Shown piece by piece: positions 1 through 9,158 of a DNA stretch of 64,000 bases. The stretch covers positions 111,540 to 175,539 of the forward strand of contig CAKPTA010000001.1 in the NCBI GenBank assembly GCA_934190785.1, in the 5' to 3' direction. Origin of the DNA: an uncultured Bacilli bacterium. GTDB lineage: Bacteria > Bacillota_I > Bacilli_A > RF39 > UBA660. The position numbers and the translations under genes are program-made. Each line of letters begins with the position of its first letter. Positions within the stretch are counted from its first letter, which is position 1. The notes under the pieces were generated by a model that was given only the letters and a program-made list of their open reading frames with translations, was not told where the DNA came from and did not search any database.

Positions 1-177
1 GTTGGAACATATAATCCAATTTGTGAACCAGCTGAAGTTAAAATTGATGAAGAAAAAGCTATTAAATGGTTAAATAATGGAGCTCAACCAACTGATACAG
101 TAAGAGATTTACTAAGAAGTGCTGGTGTTTTAGAAAAATTCCATAATAGTAAAATGACTTCTAAAAAAGGTGAATAA
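1..177 (+). CDS. rpsP: 30S ribosomal protein S16, C-terminal fragment (gene starts upstream of window)
   Basis: Frame 1 reads through from the window edge to TAA at 175-177. The translation ...[21 protein letters not shown]... resembles the S16 C-terminus. A KH-domain gene follows, as in the rpsP-ylqC arrangement. Confidence 0.55.
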   Translation, partial: VGTYNPICEPAEVKIDEEKAIKWLNNGAQPTDTVRDLLRSAGVLEKFHNSKMTSKKGE

Positions 178-178
178 T

Positions 179-424
179 ATGGATTTAGTAGCACTAACAA
201 AATTTTTAGTTGAAAGTATTGTAAAGGATCCTGATGCTATAACTGTAAAGATGTTTTCTGAAGATGAAAATGAAATTATTATTCAGGTTTTAGTGAAGGA
301 TGAAGATATGGGTGCTGTGATTGGTAAGTCAGGAACTATTGCTAATGCAATTAGAACAATTGTTCAAGCAAGTGCTTATGTTAATCATTTACCAAAAGTA
401 AAAATCAATATTGATAGTTATTAA
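179..424 (+). CDS. KH-domain RNA-binding protein (YlqC/UPF0109 family)
   Basis: VIGKSGTIANAIRTIV is a KH GXXG-type motif. The protein is about 80 aa and sits immediately after rpsP. I prefer ATG 179 to the GTG 170 of the ORF track. Confidence 0.7.
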   Translation: MDLVALTKFLVESIVKDPDAITVKMFSEDENEIIIQVLVKDEDMGAVIGKSGTIANAIRTIVQASAYVNHLPKVKINIDSY

Positions 425-519
425 GAGCAAATGCTCTTTTTTCTTTACATAATCGTATAAAAAATAAAGGGAATTTATAAAAATGTTATTAAATATAATA
501 AAAAAATGGTATAATAATA

Positions 520-1266
520 ATGGTGATTTTGATGGTATGCAAGATAGATGGTATAAATGTACATTATGAGCGTTTAGGAAATAACCAAAAACGAGCAATT
601 ATTTATCTACATGGATGGGGACAAAATACGATTATGATGGAACCAATTGCTAAACCATTTTATGATGAGTTTGATACAATTGTTGTAGATTTACCAGGAT
701 TTGGTGATAGTGAAGAGCCAAAACGTGTGTATACTGTATATGATTATGCAGAGTGTATTTATAAGTTATGTAAAAAATTAAATGTTTCTAATCCAATCTT
801 AATTGGTCACTCTTTTGGAGGAAAGGTTAGTTTAGTATTTGCTAGTAAATATGGAGCTAGTAAATTAATCTTGTTTGGAAGTCCATTTAAAAAAGAAATT
901 GAAAAACTATCTTTAAAAACAAAAATATTAAAACAAGCAAAAAAGATTCCTTTAATTAATCGTTTTTCTGAAATTGCTAAGCGTCATATTGGATCTACTG
1001 ATTATAGAAGTGCTAGTGCTATCATGCGCGAGATTTTAGTTTCAACGGTCAATTTGGACATTACTTATGATGTAAAAAAGATTACTTGCCCAACTTTAAT
1101 TGTATGGGGAGACTTAGATGCTGCTGTACCACTAGAAGATGCATATACATTAGAAGGCTTAATAAAAGATGCTGCGGTAATTGTTTATGAAGGTTGCACA
1201 CATTATGCATATTTAGAAAATTTAGGTCAAACAATTAGTATTATTGGAAGTTTTGTAAGGAGTTGA
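520..1266 (+). CDS. alpha/beta-fold hydrolase
   Basis: IYLHGWGQN and GHSFGG (nucleophile elbow GxSxG), 248 aa. Confidence 0.6.
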   Translation: MVILMVCKIDGINVHYERLGNNQKRAIIYLHGWGQNTIMMEPIAKPFYDEFDTIVVDLPGFGDSEEPKRVYTVYDYAECIYKLCKKLNVSNPILIGHSFGGKVSLVFASKYGASKLILFGSPFKKEIEKLSLKTKILKQAKKIPLINRFSEIAKRHIGSTDYRSASAIMREILVSTVNLDITYDVKKITCPTLIVWGDLDAAVPLEDAYTLEGLIKDAAVIVYEGCTHYAYLENLGQTISIIGSFVRS

Positions 1267-1270
1267 TTAT

Positions 1271-2863
1271 ATGTTACCACAATTTATTGTTTCTTTATTA
1301 ATGGCATATGTATATATTATTATTAAATCTAAAAAATCATATCATATGTTACAACAAAATTGGTATAATGACGGAAATCGTTATATTAATTGGATATTAG
1401 ATAATAAGAGAAAAGTTTTTATAACACCAGAATTATTATTTGTCTTATTTCTACTTTTCTTTATTTTACCAATTAAAGTAAGCATGAGCATTTTCATAAT
1501 TTTTTATATGATAATGTCACTTATATATATAAAAGCAAAAAAGACGGAGCAAGTAAAAAAACCACTTGTATTTACTAGTCGTGTTAAAAGATTATGTGTA
1601 ACAACGATGGTACTTTATTTAATCCCAGTTATATTATTTATCATTTTCTTTAATATAGATTATATTTATCTTTATTATTTATTATTTGGACTTATGATAT
1701 ATTTAAATTATTTTGTTGTTTATATTGCTAATATTGTTAATATGCCAATTGAAGCATCAATACGTTTAAAATTTAAACGTATGGCTATAAAAAAGCTTAA
1801 TAATATGAATCATATGAAAGTTATTGGTATTACTGGAAGCTATGGTAAAACTAGTAGTAAGAATATTTTAAGTGATATTTTAAATGTAAAATATAATGCA
1901 TTACCAACACCAAAGAATTTTAATACTCCACTTGGTATAATCAGAACAATTAATAATGATTTAGATAAATTTAATGATTTATTTATTGCTGAAATGGGAG
2001 CATTTAAAAGAGGTGAAATACAAGAATTATGTGATTTAGTTCATCCTACTTATGGAATTTTAACTAAAATTGGAACAGCACATATGGATAGTTTTGGTTC
2101 ACAAGAGAATATTCAAAAAGGTAAATTTGAATTAATTGAATCACTACCAAGTGATGGAATAGGTATTTTAAATAAAGACGATGAACTTCAAGTATCTTAT
2201 AAGCTAAAAAATAATGTTCGTATAATTTGGATAGGTATAAAAAATGAGGATGCTGATGTTAGAGCTTGTGATATAAAACTTTCTCATACTGGTACTAAAT
2301 TTAATGTTGTATTTAAAGGCGATAAAAAGAAGTATCCATTTGAAACTAAATTACTTGGTGAAGCTAATGTATATAATATTTTAGCTGGTGTAGCGCTAGG
2401 ACATGCTCTTGGTATTTCCATCAATCAGTTACAAGTTGGAGTTAAAAAAGTTTGTCCGGTCGAGCATCGCTTGGAATTAAAAAAATATTTAGATATCAAT
2501 ATTATTGATGATGCATATAATTCTAATCCAGTTGGTTCTAGTATGGCATTAGATGTTTTAGCTCTTATGCCTGGTAAAAAAATAATTGTTACCCCTGGAA
2601 TGATTGAGATGGGTGATATACAGGATGACCTTAATAAGGAATTTGGAAAACACATTGCAAGTGTTTGTGATGAGGTAATTTTAGTAGGGGAGACCCAAAC
2701 TAAACCTATATATGATGGATTAATTAGTAAAAAATATCCTAAAAAGAAAATACATGTTATTAATGATGTTAAATTGGCTTTTCCAATGATGCAACAGTTA
2801 AAAGACAAAGAAACATATGTATTATTAGAAAATGATTTACCTGATATTTTTAATGAAAAATAA
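1271..2863 (+). CDS. murF: UDP-MurNAc-tripeptide--D-Ala-D-Ala ligase MurF with an unusual ~180-aa polytopic membrane N-terminus
   Basis: Mur-ligase P-loop GITGSYGKTS and C-terminal DDAYNSNP motif. The gene lies next to ddl. The N-terminal 180 aa contain about five hydrophobic helices in place of the usual soluble N-domain. Confidence 0.75.
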   Translation: MLPQFIVSLLMAYVYIIIKSKKSYHMLQQNWYNDGNRYINWILDNKRKVFITPELLFVLFLLFFILPIKVSMSIFIIFYMIMSLIYIKAKKTEQVKKPLVFTSRVKRLCVTTMVLYLIPVILFIIFFNIDYIYLYYLLFGLMIYLNYFVVYIANIVNMPIEASIRLKFKRMAIKKLNNMNHMKVIGITGSYGKTSSKNILSDILNVKYNALPTPKNFNTPLGIIRTINNDLDKFNDLFIAEMGAFKRGEIQELCDLVHPTYGILTKIGTAHMDSFGSQENIQKGKFELIESLPSDGIGILNKDDELQVSYKLKNNVRIIWIGIKNEDADVRACDIKLSHTGTKFNVVFKGDKKKYPFETKLLGEANVYNILAGVALGHALGISINQLQVGVKKVCPVEHRLELKKYLDINIIDDAYNSNPVGSSMALDVLALMPGKKIIVTPGMIEMGDIQDDLNKEFGKHIASVCDEVILVGETQTKPIYDGLISKKYPKKKIHVINDVKLAFPMMQQLKDKETYVLLENDLPDIFNEK

Positions 2864-2875
2864 GGAGTGAGTGAA

Positions 2876-4093
2876 ATGAAGATAAAGTTAGGTGTTATAT
2901 TTGGAGGATGTACAGTAGAACATGAGGTAAGTATCATTACAGCTGTACAGGCTATGAATAATATTGATGAGGAAAAATATGATATTATTCCAATTTATAT
3001 AAGTAAGGATAGAATTTGGTATACTGGTAAAATGCTTATGGATATTGATGTATACAGAAATTTTGATACATTAAAGAAATATGCTAAAAAGGTTATGCTA
3101 GTAAAGAAGGAAAATGGGTTCTTTTTGCAAAAGGTAAATGGGATTTTTAAAAGTGATGTAGCAGAATTAGATGTTGTATTTCCAATTGTTCATGGAAAAG
3201 GTGTTGAAGATGGATCTTTAGCTGGATTACTTGATTCTGTTGGTATTCCATATGTTGGACCAAATGTATTAGGTGCTGCTTTAGGACAAGATAAAGTTGT
3301 CCAAAAACAAGTTATGTCTTCTTGTAACATAAATATACCAAAATATACATGGTTTTATGATACTGATTATTTGAATGACAATAAAGATATTTTAGCTAAT
3401 ATTAAAGCTCTAAAATATCCAGTTATTGTAAAACCAGCAAATCTTGGAAGTAGTATTGGAATTTCTGTTGCTAAGAATGAAACTGAAGTAGATAATTGCA
3501 TAATGGAAGCTATTAAATATGATAACAAAATTGTTGTTGAAGAGATGATTCCTAATTTAATGGAAGTTAATTGTAGCGTTCTTGGTAACTATGAATATCA
3601 AGAAACAAGTGCAATTGATGAAATGTTAACTAGTCATGACTTCTTAACATATAATGACAAATATTTAAGTGGCGGAAAAGGTAAGAATAAAGCTTGTAAA
3701 ACTGCTGGGGCAGGAAAAATGAGTTCAAGTGACCGTGTTATTCCTGCACGAATTTCTAGTGAAGTAGAAGCAACTGTAAGAGATATGGCTAAAGCCACAT
3801 TTAAAGCACTAAATTTGAGTGGTATTGCAAGAATTGACTTTTTAATTAATAAAAAAACAAACGAAGTATATGTTAATGAACCTAATACAATTCCTGGATC
3901 GCTAGCATTCTATTTATGGAGTTATACTGGTAAAGAATATAAAGATCTTTTAGATGACGCAATTACATTATGTATTAAGAGTTATAAAAATGATGCTAAA
4001 AAAGTATCTTCATTTGAATCAAATATCTTAAGTAATTTTAGTGGCTCAAAAGGATTGAAAGGTATAAAAGGTAGTAAAGGTAAATTAATGTAA
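2876..4093 (+). CDS. ddl: D-alanine--D-alanine ligase
   Basis: MKIKLGVIFGGCTVEHEVS is the classic Ddl N-terminus, and there is an ATP-grasp body. AAGGAG sits 8 nt upstream of ATG 2876. The C-terminus carries a Gly/Lys-rich tail (GSKGLKGIKGSKGK). Confidence 0.85.
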   Translation: MKIKLGVIFGGCTVEHEVSIITAVQAMNNIDEEKYDIIPIYISKDRIWYTGKMLMDIDVYRNFDTLKKYAKKVMLVKKENGFFLQKVNGIFKSDVAELDVVFPIVHGKGVEDGSLAGLLDSVGIPYVGPNVLGAALGQDKVVQKQVMSSCNINIPKYTWFYDTDYLNDNKDILANIKALKYPVIVKPANLGSSIGISVAKNETEVDNCIMEAIKYDNKIVVEEMIPNLMEVNCSVLGNYEYQETSAIDEMLTSHDFLTYNDKYLSGGKGKNKACKTAGAGKMSSSDRVIPARISSEVEATVRDMAKATFKALNLSGIARIDFLINKKTNEVYVNEPNTIPGSLAFYLWSYTGKEYKDLLDDAITLCIKSYKNDAKKVSSFESNILSNFSGSKGLKGIKGSKGKLM

Positions 4094-4096
4094 AAA

Positions 4097-4119
4097 AATG
4101 ACTTTATAGTCATTTTTTT
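4097..4119. terminator. bidirectional rho-independent terminator (aatgact-ttat-agtcatt) flanked by A and T runs
   Basis: Perfect 7-bp stem between convergent ddl and the 4110..4703 gene. Confidence 0.5.
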
Positions 4120-4703
4120 GCTTTTCTACCAAATAATTTGCTTTTAACTTTAATTGCATCTACATCATTCCCTAGACTGATGTTATCTTTTTCTATTTTG
4201 TTATTATTTTGATTTTGTCTTTTAATAGTTAAAGTATATCTATAAAAATATTCTAAACTAAATTCAATTTTTAAATTTCTATTATTTACAATAATATCTA
4301 TTAAGTTATTTTTTAATTTATTGAGAATGTGTTCTTGGTTTTGATAGATCTCTTTGGTATTAATAGGTTCAAGATTAACCTGTATATTATAATTTGAACC
4401 AACATACCAAATTGGATTTTCACACATTGAGAATGCTATATCAACGGCAATTTTAGCGTTTATATTATTATCACTCTTTATTATCTTATGTTTATTAATA
4501 GCTTTTACTATACAAGTAGCATCATTAAATGTATCCAACTCTTTTTCTTCATTATTTGGTACTAGCATATTATAAAGTCTTTGGTATTCTTCTTCAATCT
4601 TGTCTATTGTAGTAGGGTTAATAGAGTTGGTATTAATATTATTTTCTTTTAGTGCATCACAAATTAAATTTTCAATATCTTTTTTACTTTTCATAAACAT
4701 CAC
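4110..4703 (-). CDS. hypothetical protein
   Basis: 197-aa ORF with no recognised motif. Confidence 0.4.
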   Translation of the reverse strand: MMFMKSKKDIENLICDALKENNINTNSINPTTIDKIEEEYQRLYNMLVPNNEEKELDTFNDATCIVKAINKHKIIKSDNNINAKIAVDIAFSMCENPIWYVGSNYNIQVNLEPINTKEIYQNQEHILNKLKNNLIDIIVNNRNLKIEFSLEYFYRYTLTIKRQNQNNNKIEKDNISLGNDVDAIKVKSKLFGRKAKK

Positions 4704-4827
4704 CTGCAGTCATATTATAACATTGTAAATTAAAGTTGTAAAATATAAGTAAAATTTTGATAAAATATTGTATTTCAATAAATAAAAATATCTAACATAA
4801 ATGTGTTAGATATTTAAATACATCTAA

Positions 4828-4903
4828 TGGTGGACTGTTAGGGATTCGAACCCTAGACCCACTGATTAAGAGTCAGTTGCTCTACCAACTGAGCTAACAG
4901 TCC
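4828..4903 (-). tRNA. tRNA-Lys (anticodon CTT)
   Basis: The reverse complement GGACTGTTAGCTCAGTTGGTAGAGC...CTCTTAA...GGTTCGAATCCC...CCA folds as a cloverleaf. Anticodon loop is cTCTTaa. It is very similar to Bacillus tRNA-Lys. Confidence 0.85.
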
Positions 4904-4960
4904 AATAATGACTATTTAAGTATATCATATTTTTCTTAAATGTCAATTACTATTTTAAAA

Positions 4961-5620
4961 TTAAGTCATTCTTTTAAGATATTTTACTTTTATTTTTTCA
5001 TTTGTTCTTTTTAAAATACGAGATGTATATGACTGAGTATATCCAAATATATCAGCAATTTCATCTTGTTTGTATCTTCTATCTGAATCAAAGCCATAGT
5101 ATTTTTTAACAACCTCTTTTTCAAGTGGTGGAAGGGAATCTATAATTTCCCTAATTACAGTTTTTTCGACATCTGCTTCAACTTTATCTTCTATAAGTCC
5201 ATTTGAATCTTGCACCATTTCTTCAAGTGTAAGATCTGATATGTCTCTATCACGTGAAATAATGGGCTCATTTAAACTAGCAACTTGATCGTGCTTTTTA
5301 TTTTTTCTTAGATACATAAATATTTCATTTTGAATACAAGTTGAAACATATGTAGCAAATTTAATATTAATGTTTGGGTTAAAAGAATCTACTCCTTTTA
5401 TTAATCCTAATATTGAAACACTTACTAATTCTTCTAACATTTCGCCCTTTGATCCAGCTATTTTTTGAGCATAGGATATGGCTAATCTTAAATTATGTAG
5501 AATTAATTTCTCTCTAGCTTCTGCCTCTCCATTTTCATAATCATGAGCTAATTTCATATTTTCTTCTTGTGGTAAAACTTTATATTTTTTTAAATCATAA
5601 TTTAAATTGTAACTATACAT
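4961..5620 (-). CDS. sigma-70 family sporulation-type sigma factor (SigE/SigK-like)
   Basis: KLILHNLRL and FATYVSTCIQNEIFMYLRKNK match region 2 of SigE/SigK. A region-4 HTH is near the C-terminus. There is a short (~12 aa) N-terminal extension. Confidence 0.7.
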   Translation of the reverse strand: MYSYNLNYDLKKYKVLPQEENMKLAHDYENGEAEAREKLILHNLRLAISYAQKIAGSKGEMLEELVSVSILGLIKGVDSFNPNINIKFATYVSTCIQNEIFMYLRKNKKHDQVASLNEPIISRDRDISDLTLEEMVQDSNGLIEDKVEADVEKTVIREIIDSLPPLEKEVVKKYYGFDSDRRYKQDEIADIFGYTQSYTSRILKRTNEKIKVKYLKRMT

Positions 5621-5778
5621 TTTCTCTCTCCTTTGATGTGCCTTTCCATTTTACATAAATATTTTAATTAAATTGGTTAATTTACATAAACTGCTATTTT
5701 TGGTGTCTAAACAGAATAGTGATTGTAAAATTCGACAATATTTGATATAATGCTAAAGAGTTAGTGTGAGGTGTATGT

Positions 5779-6354
5779 ATGAACATAAAAAATAAAAAGG
5801 TCTTTATAATTATATTAGTAGTAGTCTTAATTATTACAGCTATTTCTTTATTAACAGTTAATTTTGTTAAAAATATGAAAAAAGATAGAGAAGAAACAAT
5901 AAAAACAATGGAACAAATAAAAGAAAGTTATAAAACTTTTTCACCACTAGTTGAAGAATTTAGCGGAAAAAGAACTGAATACTATACAATGAAGGATGAA
6001 AAATTATATTTAGAGGATATCTCAGATAGTAAAGAAGAAATTATTTCTTTTATGGATGAATATTCAGCTCTTGTACATAAAGTTCATGATGATTCTAAAT
6101 ATCTTGAAGATAATTGTATGAGAAAATACTCTGATAATAGAGTTAATAATACATGTAATTTATTTAAACAAGGATACGAAGCAATTATGAATTACTATAT
6201 GACTGATATAAAAGGATATAATGAATTCGTAACTTCTTATAATGAATGGCCAAAAGAAAGTAATAGCGCACTAAAGCTAGATAAAATAGAGTTTGATTTA
6301 TATAGCGATTATATTGATTATGATAAAGATGGTAGTTTTCTAGGAGGAAAGTAA
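5779..6354 (+). CDS. hypothetical membrane-anchored protein
   Basis: N-terminal TM (VFIIILVVVLIITAISLLTV). Promoter-like TTCGACA...TATAAT upstream. Confidence 0.4.
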   Translation: MNIKNKKVFIIILVVVLIITAISLLTVNFVKNMKKDREETIKTMEQIKESYKTFSPLVEEFSGKRTEYYTMKDEKLYLEDISDSKEEIISFMDEYSALVHKVHDDSKYLEDNCMRKYSDNRVNNTCNLFKQGYEAIMNYYMTDIKGYNEFVTSYNEWPKESNSALKLDKIEFDLYSDYIDYDKDGSFLGGK

Positions 6355-6355
6355 A

Positions 6356-7426
6356 ATGCATAAAGAGAAAAAAGAAGTAAAAGAAAAAAAGAAAATGAAA
6401 AAATCAACTAAGATTATAATTACTGTTTTTATTAGTCTTTTTGTCCTAGGATGTGGTAGTGGGTTAACACTTTTATATGGACCATGGTCTGGATTTAGAA
6501 ATTGGCTTATTACAACAGCTATGACTACTATGAATCATCAATATTTAGCAACGTGGTTTTATAGTGATGAGACAATAGCTAAAGTATTAGATCAAAATCA
6601 AGTTATTGAATCTGGAGAAGAAACAGATTCATCATTAATTAAATTTGTTGATTATGATTCTGCTGTTGTTACATATAAAAACAAATATGATAAAGAAGTT
6701 TTAACACGTGATAAAGGTAATGATGACTATAAGGTTATTAATATAAATGAGCCTGGATTAAGAGGTTATTTGGTTGCTATTTATCATCCTGAAAAAGTAA
6801 AAATAGCGACTTCTAAATACATGGGTAAGAGCGGACAAATGTTAGTTGATATTGCGAAAAACAACAACGCTTTAGTTGCTATGAATGCAAGTGGCTTTAT
6901 TGACCCTGAATATAATAGTAATGGTGGAGTACCACATGGTATTGTAATTAAAGATGGTAAAATTATAAGTGATGAAGCAAAACTTAATCAATCTGGCGGA
7001 ATTATAGGATTTACAAAAGACAATAAACTTATTTTAGCCAAAATAAGTGGTAAAGAAGCTATCAATAAAGGTGTTAGAGACGCTGTTGAATTTGGACCAT
7101 TCTTAATTGTTAATGGTGAACCATCATTTATTCGTGGAAATGGTGGTTGGGGAGATGCCCCAAGAAGTGCTATAGGTCAGAGAAAAGATGGAATTGTTTT
7201 ATTCCTTGTTATGGATGGCCGTGATTATACAAGCGGTATTTTAGGTGCTGATATGGTTGATATGACAGAAATACTTATGAATTATGGTGCTTATAATGCT
7301 GCAAATTTAGATGGTGGAACTTCAAGTGGACTTGCTATTAATGGAACATTAATTAACAAACCTGTAAATGGTGGAGGACAACAAATGACTAGAGCTATTC
7401 CAAACGCTTGGATTTTAGAGGCATAA
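6356..7426 (+). CDS. phosphodiester glycosidase family protein (DUF2233/NAGPA-like), secreted or anchored
   Basis: Signal/TM N-terminus. GNGGWGDAPRSAIGQ and NLDGGTSSG motifs are typical of the family. Confidence 0.55.
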   Translation: MHKEKKEVKEKKKMKKSTKIIITVFISLFVLGCGSGLTLLYGPWSGFRNWLITTAMTTMNHQYLATWFYSDETIAKVLDQNQVIESGEETDSSLIKFVDYDSAVVTYKNKYDKEVLTRDKGNDDYKVININEPGLRGYLVAIYHPEKVKIATSKYMGKSGQMLVDIAKNNNALVAMNASGFIDPEYNSNGGVPHGIVIKDGKIISDEAKLNQSGGIIGFTKDNKLILAKISGKEAINKGVRDAVEFGPFLIVNGEPSFIRGNGGWGDAPRSAIGQRKDGIVLFLVMDGRDYTSGILGADMVDMTEILMNYGAYNAANLDGGTSSGLAINGTLINKPVNGGGQQMTRAIPNAWILEA

Positions 7427-7452
7427 GAAAACATGTTCATTGAACATGTTTT

Positions 7453-8040
7453 TTATATTAAAATATCTTTATAAAGAATATTAATGGATAAGCAAAGCGG
7501 CTTTAATTTTTCTAAATATATATTAGTTTCTATATCAGATATTAGTAATATATATTTAACTTTATCGTCAAATATTTTTTCTTTAATTTCTATATCATCT
7601 AAGATATAATCAACTTTCTTAACATTATCATAGGGTAGTATTATTTCAATTTCATTACCAATGATTTCATCTCTTAAACTAGCTTTTTTTAAAGCTTCTA
7701 TTACAGAGTTTGAATATGCTCTAACAAGACCACCAGCACCAAGTTTAATACCTCCAAAATATCTAATTACGATAGCAAGAATATGGTTACAATTATTTTC
7801 TTCTAATACATGTAAAATAGGCATACCAGCAGTACCACCCGGTTCACCATCATCGGAAAATCTTTTTACTTGGTTAACTATGTATGCATAACAATAGTGA
7901 GTAGCACCCTTATACTCATCTCTTATTTTTTTTAAAATAGTGTTTACTTCATCAGTAGATTTGATATGGCATAGTAAAGTGATAAATTTGGATTTTTGAA
8001 TTATATATTCATCTTCTACATTATTCCATAGCGCTTTCAT
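7453..8040 (-). CDS. yigZ: YigZ/IMPACT family protein
   Basis: GEPGGTAGMPILHVL is the IMPACT-N signature. Confidence 0.75.
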   Translation of the reverse strand: MKALWNNVEDEYIIQKSKFITLLCHIKSTDEVNTILKKIRDEYKGATHYCYAYIVNQVKRFSDDGEPGGTAGMPILHVLEENNCNHILAIVIRYFGGIKLGAGGLVRAYSNSVIEALKKASLRDEIIGNEIEIILPYDNVKKVDYILDDIEIKEKIFDDKVKYILLISDIETNIYLEKLKPLCLSINILYKDILI

Positions 8041-8162
8041 AAAATCACCATTAACATTATAACAAAATTAGTATAAAAAGCAATATTGAAGTCATAATGG
8101 TTATTTCCTTGACTATATAAAATCTATGTGATAAAATAAACAATCAAAAAAGGGGTGGCAGT

Positions 8163-9158
8163 ATGAAAAAAGTTAGAGAATATTTAAAACAATTTGAAAA
8201 CAAGTATATTGATTCATTAGATGACTTGTTTATTTTATTTGATAGTGAAAAAATAACTTTTGATCAAAGAAAACAGCTTTTAAAAGAAGTATTAAATCAT
8301 AATGAGCAACTATATAATAAAGAGAAAATAAAAAATAAAGATGTATCTAAAAAAATTATTATCTCAGATAACGAGAACGTTTCTTCTGATATTTTAATCA
8401 ATCATGAAGAGGATAGAAAACAAGTTAAAATGCTTGATGTTAAATCTTATATAGATTTATTAATGAAGTGTAATTCAATAAATGAAATAGAGCGTGTATT
8501 ACCAGCCAGTGATAGTGAGCTATATTTAGAAAAGATTAATCAAATTTTGACTGATTGTTATCAATATAAAGTTGAAGTAATTAACTTTTTAAATTCAAAT
8601 AGTGATTTAAGTGATGAAGAAGTTAGTGAATTTAAAAAAGAAGAAGAATTAATGCAATTTATAATTGAAACTATAAGAGGTATTTTATATGAGAAAGGTG
8701 ATAATTTCTTAGAAATTGAGACTTCTAATAAATTAATATTCCAGGAAAATGGTGACAGAATAATAAGCGCTTTAAAAGATATTGATAGAGAGTATTATGA
8801 TTCTTTTAAAGAATTATTATTATCTATAAAAAATGGAAATTTTAAAAGGAATAGAAGATTTGTAAATAATAACAATATTAATGGTATTTATGAAGTTAAA
8901 AATTTTAAAACAAGAATTTTATATGATCGCATTGATATAAATACATATGTTATAATTGATGCTTTTGTAAAGAAATGTGATATTGATTCCAGATATAGAA
9001 ATCGTATTCAAAATAGTATTCAAGCTTATAGAAAAGAAGAAGCTATTTTGAGAGAAAAAGTAAAGGATGCAAATTTTCTTTCGAAACAAAAAGATATTGA
9101 AGAAGAAGTGTTTGAATTACTTGATAATAGCAAGAAAAAGGTGTTAACAAATGAATGA
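8163..9158 (+). CDS. fusion protein: unknown N-domain plus C-terminal Gp49/HigB-like (RelE-superfamily) toxin-like domain
   Basis: The C-terminus GIYEVKNFKTRILYDRIDINTYVIIDAFVKK...IQAYRKEE aligns with the Gp49-like addiction-module killer pattern G.[FY]ELR....RILY......IVL.hgFVKKTQKTP...A...Y. Confidence 0.45.
   Translation: MKKVREYLKQFENKYIDSLDDLFILFDSEKITFDQRKQLLKEVLNHNEQLYNKEKIKNKDVSKKIIISDNENVSSDILINHEEDRKQVKMLDVKSYIDLLMKCNSINEIERVLPASDSELYLEKINQILTDCYQYKVEVINFLNSNSDLSDEEVSEFKKEEELMQFIIETIRGILYEKGDNFLEIETSNKLIFQENGDRIISALKDIDREYYDSFKELLLSIKNGNFKRNRRFVNNNNINGIYEVKNFKTRILYDRIDINTYVIIDAFVKKCDIDSRYRNRIQNSIQAYRKEEAILREKVKDANFLSKQKDIEEEVFELLDNSKKKVLTNE

Noticed and set aside
2425-2937. Minus-strand ORFs embedded antisense in well-supported genes (also 14213..14578, 14998..15195, 24350..24562, 29153..29482, 38049..38315, 39577..39807, 41781..42026, 47457..47858, 56672..56893, 58441..58689 and others)
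   Set aside because: They are typical shadow ORFs. The protein-coding signal clearly lies on the opposite strand.
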